A stretch of DNA of 64,000 nucleotides from Phycisphaerae bacterium (lineage in GTDB: Bacteria > Planctomycetota > Phycisphaerae > Sedimentisphaerales > Anaerobacaceae). Within the stretch, counting starts at the first letter, position 1. Each line of letters starts with the position of its first letter. The stretch is from NCBI GenBank assembly GCA_030601745.1, contig JAUWBI010000002.1, positions 16,770 through 80,769 of the forward strand, in the 5' to 3' direction. Position numbers and translations under genes: made by a program. Positions 52,736 through 61,946 of this stretch are shown here, one piece after another. The notes under the pieces were generated by a model, which was not told the DNA's origin, searched no databases, and saw only the letters and a program-made list of their open reading frames with translations.

Positions 52736-53925
52736 TAGCCTGATCTCTGAAAATCGGTGTCCTTCCCAAAAAGCTCCTTCAACACCAACTGTGCCTTGCT
52801 TTCCCAAGAAGCATGCATAACCTTCTTCTTCCTGGCAGCAATCCGATCGGCACTATCCTCCGTCAAAGCGTGTTTTATGCATTCAGCAAATTCTCTCGGC
52901 GTCCTCGCCTCATAAACTACATCCCGATACTTTTGCAATTCGGCAAATGGCGTACTAACCATAGGTTTACCAAGTGCGAGATATTCCTTGAGTTTGATGG
53001 GGTTGCAAGCCTGTATCCAGCGGCTCTGTCTCCAGGGCATAATCGCCACATCGAAGCATTTGCCATAATGGGGTATCTGCTCATAAGGTTTTTGTCCGAG
53101 CATTCTAACATTATTTTTAGACAATAAACCAGAACAGTCTGACGAGGCACTACCGACAAATACGAAGGACATCTGCGGCAGCAGATCAATCACCTTCTCC
53201 AAAAAGCTAATATCTGAAGTATGATCGTCAATCGCACCAAAGAAACCAATAATAGGCTTTGGTATATCAGCCATGTCTTCAGGCTTATATGGATTTTGTT
53301 CAGCCATCGCAAACATGTCATAATCAACGCCATGATCCAAAAAGAAAGCATTTGTACATTGCGTACGCTCTTCTTCGTACAGTGAGCTACTAACAAACAA
53401 CGTCAGATCTGCGGAGGCCTTTAATTTTAGGTCGTATTTTCTAATAGTGTCATAATCAACATTCGGGTATTCTTCATAACGGTCAGTTCTCTGGTATACA
53501 AGCAAGCCCTTTTTCATGTTGATGGCGGTATCACATGCTGCCGGACATGCCACCCAAACTATCGGTCCACTCAGCCCCAACTTCTTTGCGGCCAACCACA
53601 GCTGCCCTCGCAAAATAATCTCGTTAACTGGTCTTAACCAGCCAATATGATGCACAGGCAGCGAAAAAGGACTATACGCCCAAAAGCCTGTATGACTCTT
53701 TTTCAAACCAGTAATAACGCTCTTTGCCTTGCGAGTAAACTTCTGAACAAACTTGCTGCCCTGGCTCAATTTCGGCTTCTGCATCACAATTGAGTTAACG
53801 TACAGCGTGGTTCCATACCGGGCAAATCTACGCATTAATTGCATATCGATATGTCCCCGATTGTGATACCACCAATCCTCGCCGCCAAAACAGAGAACAT
53901 CGAATGTTATTTGCCTATTTGTCAA
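52735..53925 (-). CDS. TuaH-like glycosyltransferase (GT1-fold)
   Basis: 396 aa. ...NVRMLGQKPYEQIPHYGKCFDVAIMPWRQSRWIQACNPIKLKEYLALGKPMVSTPF.... Its TAATG overlaps the downstream start. Confidence 0.75.
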   Translation of the reverse strand: MTNRQITFDVLCFGGEDWWYHNRGHIDMQLMRRFARYGTTLYVNSIVMQKPKLSQGSKFVQKFTRKAKSVITGLKKSHTGFWAYSPFSLPVHHIGWLRPVNEIILRGQLWLAAKKLGLSGPIVWVACPAACDTAINMKKGLLVYQRTDRYEEYPNVDYDTIRKYDLKLKASADLTLFVSSSLYEEERTQCTNAFFLDHGVDYDMFAMAEQNPYKPEDMADIPKPIIGFFGAIDDHTSDISFLEKVIDLLPQMSFVFVGSASSDCSGLLSKNNVRMLGQKPYEQIPHYGKCFDVAIMPWRQSRWIQACNPIKLKEYLALGKPMVSTPFAELQKYRDVVYEARTPREFAECIKHALTEDSADRIAARKKKVMHASWESKAQLVLKELFGKDTDFQRSG

Positions 53926-54875
53926 GTTGTCGCTACAAGCCCCCGGCCGCCCATTAAAGCACTAAAAAAGCCTCTGATGTATGTACGGGCTGTCCGAATG
54001 TGACTATTTCTATTATTTCCTGAAGTAATTGCCGCCCCCAACCAGTATGGGACTCTCAATAGAAAGAACGTCGCAACCAGCAAACATGCCAGGACGTGTA
54101 CCCAACGACCTCTATGCTTTTTCAAAAAAAGCAGTATGCTGGCCCGCAATTGTAATACCATTTCGGGTTTCATTTGCTTAGTGCTGGCCCCACCAAGGTG
54201 AATGATCTCGGCACTTGGTGTGAAAAGGATTTTCCAGCCGGCTTGTCTGAAACGATAACACCAGTCAGTTTCCTCACCATACATAAAAAACCGCTCATCC
54301 ATTACTCCGACCTGCTCGATTGCCTCACGCCGAACAAGCATAAAACATCCGGTTACAACATCAACTTCTCTGACATCATCCCTATTCCACCAGGACATTT
54401 GTTCGCGCCCAAAGAACCAGCTACGAGGAAAAAGTTTATATAAATAAGCAGTTGACAAAAACATATTCAGCAGAGATGGAAACATAAAGCATGTTGGCTG
54501 CAATGTTTTGTCCGGATTCAATATTCGGCAGCCCACAACAGCCGCAGCTGGATTATCATTGGCAAAAGAAACCGTCTTGGAAATAGCATCGTCAAGTACT
54601 ATCGTATCGCTATTGAGCAAAAGTACATACCGCCCTCTTGCAATATTAATACCCTGGTTGTTGGCAGCAGCAAAACCAGCGTTCTTGCTGTTTTCTACAA
54701 GAACTATTTGCGGAAATTCTCTTTTTACCATTTCTGCCGAGCCATCTATGGAAGCGTTATCAATGACGATCACCTCGAACTTGATGTCTCTGGTTTGCGC
54801 ATAAATTGAGGCCACACAATCACAGAGGATGTAACGTGTGTTCCAACTAACAATAATTATTGATAAGTCCAACAA
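53922..54875 (-). CDS. Family 2 glycosyltransferase
   Basis: 317 aa. LSIIIVSWNTRYILCDCVASI...VIVIDNASIDGSAEMV...NAGFAAANNQGI. Confidence 0.9.
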   Translation of the reverse strand: MLDLSIIIVSWNTRYILCDCVASIYAQTRDIKFEVIVIDNASIDGSAEMVKREFPQIVLVENSKNAGFAAANNQGINIARGRYVLLLNSDTIVLDDAISKTVSFANDNPAAAVVGCRILNPDKTLQPTCFMFPSLLNMFLSTAYLYKLFPRSWFFGREQMSWWNRDDVREVDVVTGCFMLVRREAIEQVGVMDERFFMYGEETDWCYRFRQAGWKILFTPSAEIIHLGGASTKQMKPEMVLQLRASILLFLKKHRGRWVHVLACLLVATFFLLRVPYWLGAAITSGNNRNSHIRTARTYIRGFFSALMGGRGLVATT

Positions 54876-54935
54876 ATCAACTGGCCCCTTTATGGACTCA
54901 AAAGTGCGGATCTGGCCTCAGAGATCACCCGTAGT

Positions 54936-56267
54936 TTACAAACATGCGTTAGGTATTATTAGGCTTTTAGGTTTTGCTTTGGTTATGATAGCAGGCATCA
55001 CACCGGCAAACCCAATCATCATATAGTAAATCGTGGTAGGCTGGCCGAACAATGAAACAGACATAAAAGCACCCGCCAGACCAAATATGCCTGCTAATAC
55101 ACACCAAACTATCCACTTATCTGAGTCTAAGGTACTTGCTTTATAAGCATCAACAAGTTTTTTAACAACCACCATGTTCATAGCAAGGAAAGGCAGCAGA
55201 CCAACTAACCCGTAACGACTCAAAATCAACAAATAGTGATTTACTATATCAGTGTGGTCTCGGCCATCAATTTTGTCCTTCCAACCGGGTTCGGCATTAT
55301 AGCCATAGCCAGCTAACCAATGGCCGGACATCCCTCCTTCAAATAAGGCTACGTCAATGAGTTTACTGCGATACCACGCTGTACCCGGATTGAGGGTAAA
55401 ACCGCCAAGAACGTCATAAAAGTGCCGATTACTAATAATTTCTACAGAGCCGCACATTATGATAATTATTATTACGATTGGCTTCCAATATTTACGCCAG
55501 CGATAAACAGCGATAAACAGAATAGACAACAAACCTGCAAGTATTGGCCCGCTCGACATAGATGAAAAAATGCCAACACCCATCAATCCCACGCCTACCC
55601 AACAGAGTATTTCATATTTATATTTTTTCGCACTACGCAGAATCCCTGCACAAAGAGGGCCAAACATTGCAAAAAATAAACCGTACATAATCGACATTGG
55701 AAACGTCACATCAGCGCGATAAAAACCATGCCGCAGTATTGGCCGATAGACCGCGCTGCTCCTCCACGCGTGATATTCCTTCAAGAACCCGAGTGGATTA
55801 TTTCCTGTTAGACATTGATAAAAACCAACTACGGCGAGAGGAGCTGCTATTATTAGTATCGATTTAAGCAATGTCAGGTATTCTTTCCTGCTTGTCACTA
55901 TCATACGTACAGCGAAGTAGGGCAGGACCATGTCGAAAACCGCCCCAGCACGATTTTCCAAAAATGCTGTTAGTAACTTACTCGTAAAAGCTCCTGCAAG
56001 GATTTGACATAAGAAATATATGACCACGAGTTTATCCAGCCATATAAACTTGAACCGCCTGGGCAAGCTCGTTCGCAGGAACAAATTCGCAAATATTGCC
56101 AGTATTACTATCCTGCGCAGCGTAAAATCGATTGTGCCCACCGGGACCGAAAGATATTGGGGATACCATGCTAATGCAGCGATATATACCACGAGCGAGT
56201 AAATCGGCGGCAGGAAAAATATCAAGGCACTGGCAGCTATTGCTATGCCCAGAGTTATACCTTCCAT
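54936..56267 (-). CDS. O-antigen polymerase/ligase-family (Wzy-like) polytopic membrane protein
   Basis: 443 aa with about 10-12 hydrophobic helices and a large loop. It sits in a polysaccharide operon. The family call rests on architecture. Confidence 0.65.
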   Translation of the reverse strand: MEGITLGIAIAASALIFFLPPIYSLVVYIAALAWYPQYLSVPVGTIDFTLRRIVILAIFANLFLRTSLPRRFKFIWLDKLVVIYFLCQILAGAFTSKLLTAFLENRAGAVFDMVLPYFAVRMIVTSRKEYLTLLKSILIIAAPLAVVGFYQCLTGNNPLGFLKEYHAWRSSAVYRPILRHGFYRADVTFPMSIMYGLFFAMFGPLCAGILRSAKKYKYEILCWVGVGLMGVGIFSSMSSGPILAGLLSILFIAVYRWRKYWKPIVIIIIIMCGSVEIISNRHFYDVLGGFTLNPGTAWYRSKLIDVALFEGGMSGHWLAGYGYNAEPGWKDKIDGRDHTDIVNHYLLILSRYGLVGLLPFLAMNMVVVKKLVDAYKASTLDSDKWIVWCVLAGIFGLAGAFMSVSLFGQPTTIYYMMIGFAGVMPAIITKAKPKSLIIPNACL

Positions 56268-57586
56268 TAACCCTCTCCACAGTTGCTATTAACCAGTTTC
56301 TCTATGGAAATTTGTGATTTATTCATCTTGCATTTTTTTCGAGAAGGTTTGACTGGCCTGGTCCATTTCCTTAGAATTATCCGGCGAAGTGTGCCGAGCA
56401 CCGAGCGTATCTTGTCGGATACTGATAGGCACCACCAGTTAGCAAATAAGGAAAATCCCCCAAAATGAGGGGTAGGAACTTGCATCATTCGCATAGCTAA
56501 AAGTCTGCCCCATAATTGGCGCCTTTTTTTAAGAAGAGATGGTTGTGAGGCCGAAACAGTGTATGAGTCTCCGCGGCGCAACTTAACATAACCCGCTCTC
56601 ATCGCTTCTTTAAGGATTTCTTTACCTTTTTCAGTTCTGACCAGCACCAGTGACTGACCCGGCTCAGATGGTTCAATTGACCTATACCAAGGATCGCCAC
56701 AAGAAATGTCGGCGAATTCTCCTGTTGAATCCGGGCACAACCGGCACCTTAACGGAACATAGCGACTGAGAATCCCACCCCAGGACTGTTCATAGCTCAT
56801 CTCACGCCGCTCACCATTAGTTCCTTTGAGTTTTACTGTAGTCATGCCTGGCCAGCCGCAGCCGCGATATTTAAGTTTGGCAACATCACCCGGCTCAACA
56901 CCAAGTGAATCCAAAAGCACTTTAGTACCATGACTGCTGGGGGTTCCGGCACAAAAAATACTGATAGCCAAACCAACCTTGCTATCAAGCCTCGGCTCGA
57001 GTGCTTGTGATTTGCGCAGCGCAACAACATCGCAAGGCTTGCCAACAAAAACACAAGCTGAATCAACTGCCTCAAGTATGCCAAATCCTGAACAAGGTGC
57101 CGCCGGAGAATATCTTGAGCCTGTTTGTGACATCAACTGTTCCCTGTTACGGCTGAAAACCGGAATATTTACCAAAGGGTTTTCAGCATCTACACCGGTA
57201 TGTAAAACGCCGCTCATTCGCATTTCTGTTACACAAAAAAGCGATAAAGCAGTTGCAATGCCACCAGAGGAGGCCCTAAAACAAATTTCGGGATCAGCAG
57301 CATATCCTTCCCAAACCTCGAGTACAGGCCCCCATGATAGACGAAGTTCCGATATCGTCTGGCCATTAAATGGCTCATGTGATATGGCTATTCCCGGACA
57401 AACTTTAACGCATTCTCCACACTTGCTGCAGTTTGCTGAATCGATTACGGGCCTAATCCCTCTATCCCAAATATCTACCAAGTGAATAGCATGTTCAGGA
57501 CAAGTAGGAACGCAGGCTCCACAGCCAGAACAAAGACGCCAACGGGCTACATCCGCAACGTTATTAATCCTTCTCACTATACTCAC
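56267..57586 (-). CDS. Coenzyme F420 hydrogenase/dehydrogenase beta-subunit-like protein with 2x[4Fe-4S] ferredoxin motif
   Basis: 439 aa with a GTG start. CSGCGACVPTCPEHAI and CSKCGECVKVCPG are present. This family commonly accompanies polysaccharide pyruvyl transferases. Confidence 0.75.
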   Translation of the reverse strand: MSIVRRINNVADVARWRLCSGCGACVPTCPEHAIHLVDIWDRGIRPVIDSANCSKCGECVKVCPGIAISHEPFNGQTISELRLSWGPVLEVWEGYAADPEICFRASSGGIATALSLFCVTEMRMSGVLHTGVDAENPLVNIPVFSRNREQLMSQTGSRYSPAAPCSGFGILEAVDSACVFVGKPCDVVALRKSQALEPRLDSKVGLAISIFCAGTPSSHGTKVLLDSLGVEPGDVAKLKYRGCGWPGMTTVKLKGTNGERREMSYEQSWGGILSRYVPLRCRLCPDSTGEFADISCGDPWYRSIEPSEPGQSLVLVRTEKGKEILKEAMRAGYVKLRRGDSYTVSASQPSLLKKRRQLWGRLLAMRMMQVPTPHFGGFSLFANWWCLSVSDKIRSVLGTLRRIILRKWTRPVKPSRKKCKMNKSQISIEKLVNSNCGEG

Positions 57587-59784
57587 TATAAGCTGGGACT
57601 AAAAACCTTTAATATCGCTTCCTGAGCTTTGGGTATTGTCTGCGATAACTTGTGAACAATCGCTTCGCGCTCGGAATAAACTTTCTCCAAAAAAGCTAAA
57701 ATGCTGGCTTCTGTCTCTGTTCTAAGGTCAATAACAAGGTCACCAACGCCAACCGAATCGAATACTCCGTAAAACTTTTTGCTATAGGCCAGCCCCACAG
57801 CGGGAATCATCTGAGATAATGCCGCAACACAAGCGTGCATCCGGGAACCCAAAAAGATATCACATAAGCCGATAATATACTTTATCTGGCTCTGGTCATA
57901 AGTGCCACGAACCATAAATATCCTTGCTGGATACTTGGCGGGAAACTTCTTATACACATCATGACATGCAGCAACATCGTTTTCGACGACACCTACGTCA
58001 GCACTCTCAACGGGAGGAAAGACATGCGGCACCAATAAAACAAGGACACCTTTTTTAGCCATCAGAAAATCGATAATCCGGCAAATAGTTTGACTGTAGT
58101 CCTCTTTTAATCCGAACATATTATCCCCGGTATACCCCCCATAATACAAAAGGCCGCTGACATTGAGTCCAACAATTACAGATTTGTCTGTACGGACATC
58201 AGGTAACGAACCAACATCCATATTAGAAGGCTCTCGTGGATCCAAAACAAAAGCAACTTCAGGTACAAATCGCACTTTGTCTTCATCGGTGGCGTTATCA
58301 AGAAGCCTGCGTACATACTCGACACCGTCATGGTCTCTTGAATAAATTGCATTCGAGCGTTTCAAGATGTACCGGGCCATAAACTTTGTCAGTCGCTTCT
58401 TAAATGGTCCATAAGTTTGCGGAAGCATTACAAGCTCTTTGCTGAACATTACAGGCAATAACTTCCTCAAAAAACCTGACATGAATCTGCGCATACCATA
58501 AATGTCGCTGAAACTATCCCCGCCGGTAATGTCTGCAAAAACATCGGTTTGTAATATCAACTTCAGATATGAATTGCGCTCCATAAGATAATTTCTTAGC
58601 GGACGAAACGGAAGCAACCTCAGCAGAAAAGCATATAATGCGAGCACAAAGAAGTGATTGGGTAAAAAGATATTCTTGCAAAACCTTACGGGGACTATCG
58701 GAAACCGAAGTTCTTTATCCATCACCTTCAGGCAATGCTCACCGACGAATTGACTGCTGCCAAGCAACATCACTTCCGCCCCCGGCCATCTATTAATAAT
58801 ACACTTTATGCTTGACGCCGCCAGTGCTGAGACGCCCATATTGCAGGTATCAAACGACGCACCAAGAAGACAAATTTTTGCTTTGTTGTTCTCATCGAGA
58901 GCAACAGAATTATCTTGGCAAAGTTGATTTTTCTTTTTGTTAGAGCATGCTAAATATTTTGAAATCTTTTTTACACCGCTTCTAAATTTCGCGCGCCAGC
59001 CTGTGTAGTATTTCGCTTGCCATGGCCCCCTGTTTAGATTAGCTAGTACGACTGGTCGCTTTTGCCATCTACTTTTCATATCCCTTATCTTCTTTGTGCG
59101 AAGTGTATAGGTTACGTCGTACATTTTGCGAACACTTTCATCATCAGTAACTAAGCAGTGCTCCGATCTAGGATCATCCATATGTTCCTGTAAAACTAAG
59201 GGGTAATACCAACCGTTAATCTCGCCACCAAGTGCCATTTTTAAAAAATAGTCCGTTGTCCCCACATCACAACCATCTTTCCAAGGTCCGTATTTCTCGT
59301 ACGTCTTTCTTTTCATCAAGAATCCCGAACCACACACCCACGGATGACGAAATATCTGGTGGCCATCAAAACTTTGAATCTTTCCCGCCTTTCTGACAGC
59401 ATTCTCATCGAATTCATCCAAAGGATAATGCCAACAAGCAACTGTCCCTAACCGTGCTATGTCTTGGTGGGCTTTGGCCAAGATACGTGTCCAGCCGGGA
59501 GTCGCCAGACAGTCATTGTCGAGCTTGCCGACTAATTCGGCCTTTGTTTTTGCCCATACATAATTCATCGCGCCGGTCTGACCAACGTTTTCCTTGCTCA
59601 ACACAACTTCGACTATGCGAGGATCTTTTATTGCATCCTGGAGGTATTCAGGTGTTTCATCGGTAGATGTATTGTCCCAGAGATAAAGATCAAATTCTTC
59701 AGTGGGATCCTCAAGTAACCGTTTGATGGTTTTTTTCGTATACTCAAGTCGGTTGTGTGTGACAACAACTATAGCAATATTCAT
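57586..59784 (-). CDS. Bifunctional GT2 glycosyltransferase / polysaccharide pyruvyl transferase fusion
   Basis: 732 aa. The N-terminus is MNIAIVVVTHNRLEYTKKTIKRLL...LYLWDNTSTDETPEYL. The C-terminal ~430 aa reads ...ICLLGASFDTCNMGVSALAASSI...DITGGDSFSDIYG...FLGSRMHACVAALS, which is WcaK/PS_pyruv_trans-like. Confidence 0.8.
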   Translation of the reverse strand: MNIAIVVVTHNRLEYTKKTIKRLLEDPTEEFDLYLWDNTSTDETPEYLQDAIKDPRIVEVVLSKENVGQTGAMNYVWAKTKAELVGKLDNDCLATPGWTRILAKAHQDIARLGTVACWHYPLDEFDENAVRKAGKIQSFDGHQIFRHPWVCGSGFLMKRKTYEKYGPWKDGCDVGTTDYFLKMALGGEINGWYYPLVLQEHMDDPRSEHCLVTDDESVRKMYDVTYTLRTKKIRDMKSRWQKRPVVLANLNRGPWQAKYYTGWRAKFRSGVKKISKYLACSNKKKNQLCQDNSVALDENNKAKICLLGASFDTCNMGVSALAASSIKCIINRWPGAEVMLLGSSQFVGEHCLKVMDKELRFPIVPVRFCKNIFLPNHFFVLALYAFLLRLLPFRPLRNYLMERNSYLKLILQTDVFADITGGDSFSDIYGMRRFMSGFLRKLLPVMFSKELVMLPQTYGPFKKRLTKFMARYILKRSNAIYSRDHDGVEYVRRLLDNATDEDKVRFVPEVAFVLDPREPSNMDVGSLPDVRTDKSVIVGLNVSGLLYYGGYTGDNMFGLKEDYSQTICRIIDFLMAKKGVLVLLVPHVFPPVESADVGVVENDVAACHDVYKKFPAKYPARIFMVRGTYDQSQIKYIIGLCDIFLGSRMHACVAALSQMIPAVGLAYSKKFYGVFDSVGVGDLVIDLRTETEASILAFLEKVYSEREAIVHKLSQTIPKAQEAILKVFSPSL

Positions 59785-60128
59785 ACAATGCCTTTATTAT
59801 GTGACACTGGTGCAGAAGTTTTCACACAAGTCCGAGAAAAGGTGAGTAAGCAAGTTTCTGTTCAATTAAAAATTCGTAGTTTCATAGTTCACACTTCTGG
59901 ACCGTGTGCTTACCAACGGCGATCAAGGCCCACGATCGGCCTGTGTGGACTGTTGGCGGAACTAATATTTAGTTCAAGGACAATCATGCCTTTTGCTAAC
60001 GTGCCAGGCCCGGGCTTGCAGGTAGTTGGCGGCCAGCTTGAGATGATTCCAACTTTCTCGTGCATGCCAACCGATTGTATGTAATGAGAACTAGATTTAT
60101 TGTAATGGCCACGGTTCTGCTATCTTTG

Positions 60129-61946
60129 TTAAAGCCTGTAAATATTCACTGCGTCTCTCCAAATAGCTATTTGTAGCAGCCTGTAGCCATTTCGACAGTC
60201 CATGTCCTTACGCTTCAATAAGTCTTGCCCCCGTCCTTTGAACAATTTCTCATCAAATTCGTCAAGGTAGGCACCATAGTCTTGGATCATTCTCTTGAAA
60301 AGAACACTATCGTCCCAATATTCTTGATAATCATGCCAAGAATGCTGGATTCTTGGTTTTTTACCAAACTTTTCCAATACGTTGATAGTCCGATCTTGTA
60401 ATTTCCTTATACCACGCTGTGCCAGACGTGACAAGTGGCTACTACAGGGCCTTACACCATCGTTAGCACTAGGAATGCAGCATCCTTTAGCATAAATCTT
60501 TCTACAAGCCATAAAGAGGATCTGATTGCCTAATTTGAGAGTTACCGGACACTTGTAACCAACCTCCAAGATTCGTCTGTCAGCCCCACAAGTTCGGATA
60601 GGTAGTACTCTTCGCTGTGTGACGCAAAACTCATCTTGGGAATGAGGGTAGGTTGCCAGGAATTCCGCCATACTTGTGCGGTTTGGATCCAGATTGCTAT
60701 TATAGAATTTTTTCCTGCGCGCACGCCTTGATTCGATCACATCTTCTTTAATGTGGCTCTTGAAAAAAGTGTTGATTATGTTCTCATAGTCAAATCTGGT
60801 CTTGACATACTTAGTTGGCAGAATCCCTCCCAATCGTTTCACAGGTACCATATCGTGCGCATAGTAACCCTTAAGGAATTCATCTATGCCGTTACCGTCA
60901 AACAAAATGTCTGCACCAGTCTCTTGTATCTTCTCCACAAAACCTACTGCATGAGCGTGGATCCATTCGCGTTCACAACCTGCAAGCTTTACCATCTCTA
61001 CAAGGCTACGCTCCAGAAAGTACTTGTCTCTAAACAAAGGGAACCACTGGCGATTGTAAACTTCGCATACCCTTCGTGCGGTTTTCATTTCCCGGTTCAG
61101 GGTGTTCCCAAATGTTAATCCTATGCACTCTATTTCCTGGGGGACGGCTGCCATTATGAGGCGTGAATCAAGTCCGCCGCTCAAGGTAACAGCAACCTTT
61201 CCTCCGCAACATCGCTCGCTTACCGCGGAAATGACAGACTGCGCCAATTCTTCAGCTAATTCTCTCACGTCGAATCCTTCGGCGAGCTCTTGCGGAGGCG
61301 ACCAATAACGAAAATCCTGCACTAGCGTATTGCCATTTTTCCCAAGATATACACAATAAAGACTCCCCGGATTCAATTGTTTGACATTGGTATACATTGT
61401 ATCCGGAAAAGTCGGTCTGCCGGTGCACAGAAACTCCGCTGCGGAAATGTGGTCAACTGAAGCTAACACATCACTGGTAATAGCTACCAAATCCGGGTGT
61501 GTGCCAAAGGAGGCATTATCGCCCTGCTTATTCTTACCCACGTAAACCGGTACGAAACTGAGTGGGTCTGTCAAGATGCTAAATCCTGCAGTATTTGCCA
61601 ATACAATTGCAAATGTGCCATTAAGTCTACCAAATAACTCATCGGTCAGCAAACAGATGCTGTCATCTTCCAGACACTCGTGTAAGCCTGCGATGCGCCT
61701 GATAAACGCTTCGAGAAAGCTATCCGACAAGTCCATGGTCAAGTCGCCGACCCACGCAAAGGTGGTCACTTTCTTCGTGATTATATTCTCATTGCGTGTA
61801 AGACGCTCCTCCAGCACCGCAATACTGCCCCAGTCATAGTCAAAAAATTGCCCTTCTGGAGCACGTTTGCCGTAAGGCTTCTTGATCAGCGTAAGTAAAT
61901 CCTCACCTGTGTGCTGTTTGCCTAGACTTACCAGAAAATCACTCAT
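60129..61946 (-). CDS. Asparagine synthase-like amidotransferase homolog lacking the N-terminal catalytic Cys
   Basis: Start at ATG 61946, with GGAGGAA 5 nt upstream. The PP-loop is VAVTLSGGLDSRLIMAAV. The N-terminus MSDFLVSLGK has no Cys2. Confidence 0.75.
   Translation of the reverse strand: MSDFLVSLGKQHTGEDLLTLIKKPYGKRAPEGQFFDYDWGSIAVLEERLTRNENIITKKVTTFAWVGDLTMDLSDSFLEAFIRRIAGLHECLEDDSICLLTDELFGRLNGTFAIVLANTAGFSILTDPLSFVPVYVGKNKQGDNASFGTHPDLVAITSDVLASVDHISAAEFLCTGRPTFPDTMYTNVKQLNPGSLYCVYLGKNGNTLVQDFRYWSPPQELAEGFDVRELAEELAQSVISAVSERCCGGKVAVTLSGGLDSRLIMAAVPQEIECIGLTFGNTLNREMKTARRVCEVYNRQWFPLFRDKYFLERSLVEMVKLAGCEREWIHAHAVGFVEKIQETGADILFDGNGIDEFLKGYYAHDMVPVKRLGGILPTKYVKTRFDYENIINTFFKSHIKEDVIESRRARRKKFYNSNLDPNRTSMAEFLATYPHSQDEFCVTQRRVLPIRTCGADRRILEVGYKCPVTLKLGNQILFMACRKIYAKGCCIPSANDGVRPCSSHLSRLAQRGIRKLQDRTINVLEKFGKKPRIQHSWHDYQEYWDDSVLFKRMIQDYGAYLDEFDEKLFKGRGQDLLKRKDMDCRNGYRLLQIAIWRDAVNIYRL

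Noticed and set aside
59785-60128. 344-bp gap in the minus-strand EPS operon with a 109-aa plus-strand ORF (59755-60084).
   Set aside because: The ORF has no RBS or recognisable motif and overlaps the start of the GT2/pyruvyl-transferase gene. The gap is more likely an internal promoter region. Minus-strand translations looked vaguely protein-like, but I could not assign them.
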